A stretch of 41,363 bases of DNA, from contig JAZDKB010000033.1 of the NCBI GenBank assembly GCA_043803405.1, positions 1 through 41,363 on the forward strand, read 5' to 3'. Below, in pieces: positions 40,714-41,363 of this stretch. Made by a program: the position numbers and the translations under genes. Each line of letters opens with the position of its first letter. The stretch's first letter is position 1. The notes beneath the pieces were generated by a model. It had not been told where the DNA came from. It saw only the letters and a list, made by a program, of their open reading frames with translations, and did no database searches. This DNA comes from Spirochaetota bacterium. GTDB taxonomy: Bacteria; Spirochaetota; UBA4802; JAFGDQ01.

Positions 40714-40747
40714 TGCACATAAGCATCCCGAAGCGCCAAATCGTCAC
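40714..40747 (-). promoter_or_regulatory. conserved bipartite upstream element, copy F
   Basis: GTGACGATT-tggcgcttcgggat-GCTTATGTGCA, 30 nt before ATG 40683. Identical to copy C. Confidence 0.75.
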
Positions 40748-40971
40748 AAAAAAAATTGAAAAAATTTTACTATTTTTTTATTGACATCTCTTTTAGCTGT
40801 TTGTAAGTTATCCGATCTTCATTTTTTAGTTCTACGTGCAAAATTCGGGATTTTCCGAAACCAGAACCGGATGTTTGGCAAAACAGGCCGTAAGCCGGTA
40901 CCTCATCAGAGATTAAAAAAAATAACCAGGTTTTTAGGCGTAAAATAATCATGGTTCAATGAACCGGAATG

Positions 40972-41202
40972 ATGATTATTTGTGAAGTTATAATGATTAT
41001 TTGAGAACTTATAATCATTATTTTGCAAGTTATGATGATAACTTATGAAGTTATAGTCATAAGTTGTGAACTTATAGTCATAACTTGTGAAGTTGTAATC
41101 ATAACTTGGCAAGTTATAAGGATAACTTATGAACTTATGATCATAAGTTGTGAACTTATAATGATTATTTGTGAAGTTATGGTCATTATTTTACAAAATA
41201 TC
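40972..41202. repeat. 21-bp degenerate tandem repeat, about 11 units
   Basis: Units such as atgattatttgtgaagttata, atgataacttatgaagttata and gtcataagttgtgaacttata. Confidence 0.85.
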
Positions 41203-41223
41203 CTAATTCCGGGGGAGAAAATG

Positions 41224-41363
41224 GAGAGTGTAAAAAAGATTGTGTAAACAGCCATAGAATAAATAATTGAAGACAGAGGAGAAGAAAATGGCTGAAGGAA
41301 AAGAAATAGTAGAAGAACTGTTAAAGCAGATAGATTTTAAGAATTTAACAGTAAATCAGATAA
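41224..41363 (+). mobile_element. IS256-family insertion sequence, left end and transposase start (ATG 41288, truncated)
   Basis: GAGAGTGTAAAAAAGATTGTGTAAACAG terminal repeat and MAEGKEIVEELLKQIDFKNLTVNQI. Inverted copy of 1-139. Confidence 0.8.

Noticed and set aside
29738..40747. Array element as a dif/XerCD site or integron attC
   Set aside because: TGCACATAA resembles a XerC arm, but no XerD arm follows at 6 bp. There is no RYYYAAC...GTTRRRY frame, no long palindrome and no integrase in the window.
29738..40747. Array element as a CRP box
   Set aside because: The TGTGA half-site is present, but the TCACA half-site at N6 is absent in all copies.
40972..41202. CRISPR array, or real ORFs at 40906-41112 and 41023-41247
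   Set aside because: Units are contiguous with no unique spacers and there are no cas genes. The ORFs have weak TTG starts and look like by-products of the repeat.

Overview
41.4-kb AT-rich bacterial contig. It is probably from a spirochaete-like diderm anaerobe, inferred from protein character, not from a database search. Both ends stop inside the same IS256-type left end, pointing outward. Left half (0.6-18.3 kb): a sulfur amino-acid and sulfur-insertion cluster (ridA, metY, cysK, cystathionine lyase/synthase, bioB, metX-metW fusion, Rrf2 regulator, larE, mnmA, thiF/moeB), plus purA, an ABC ATPase and purM, with several REP/MITE-like inverted repeats between genes. Middle (18.4-28.5 kb): a hybrid PAS/GAF kinase, an alpha-oxoamine synthase, a GNAT acyltransferase, and two tandem 550-aa sensor kinases lacking the canonical phospho-His. 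Right (28.5-40.7 kb): ten co-oriented minus-strand genes for lipoproteins, beta-propeller repeat proteins and an OMP. Six of them carry the same bipartite element, GTGACGATT-N14-GCTTATGTGCA, 25-30 nt before the ATG, and two more have partial copies. Leader and signal-peptide DNA appears to have been exchanged between unrelated genes of this array. A 21-bp palindromic tandem repeat lies at the head of the array.
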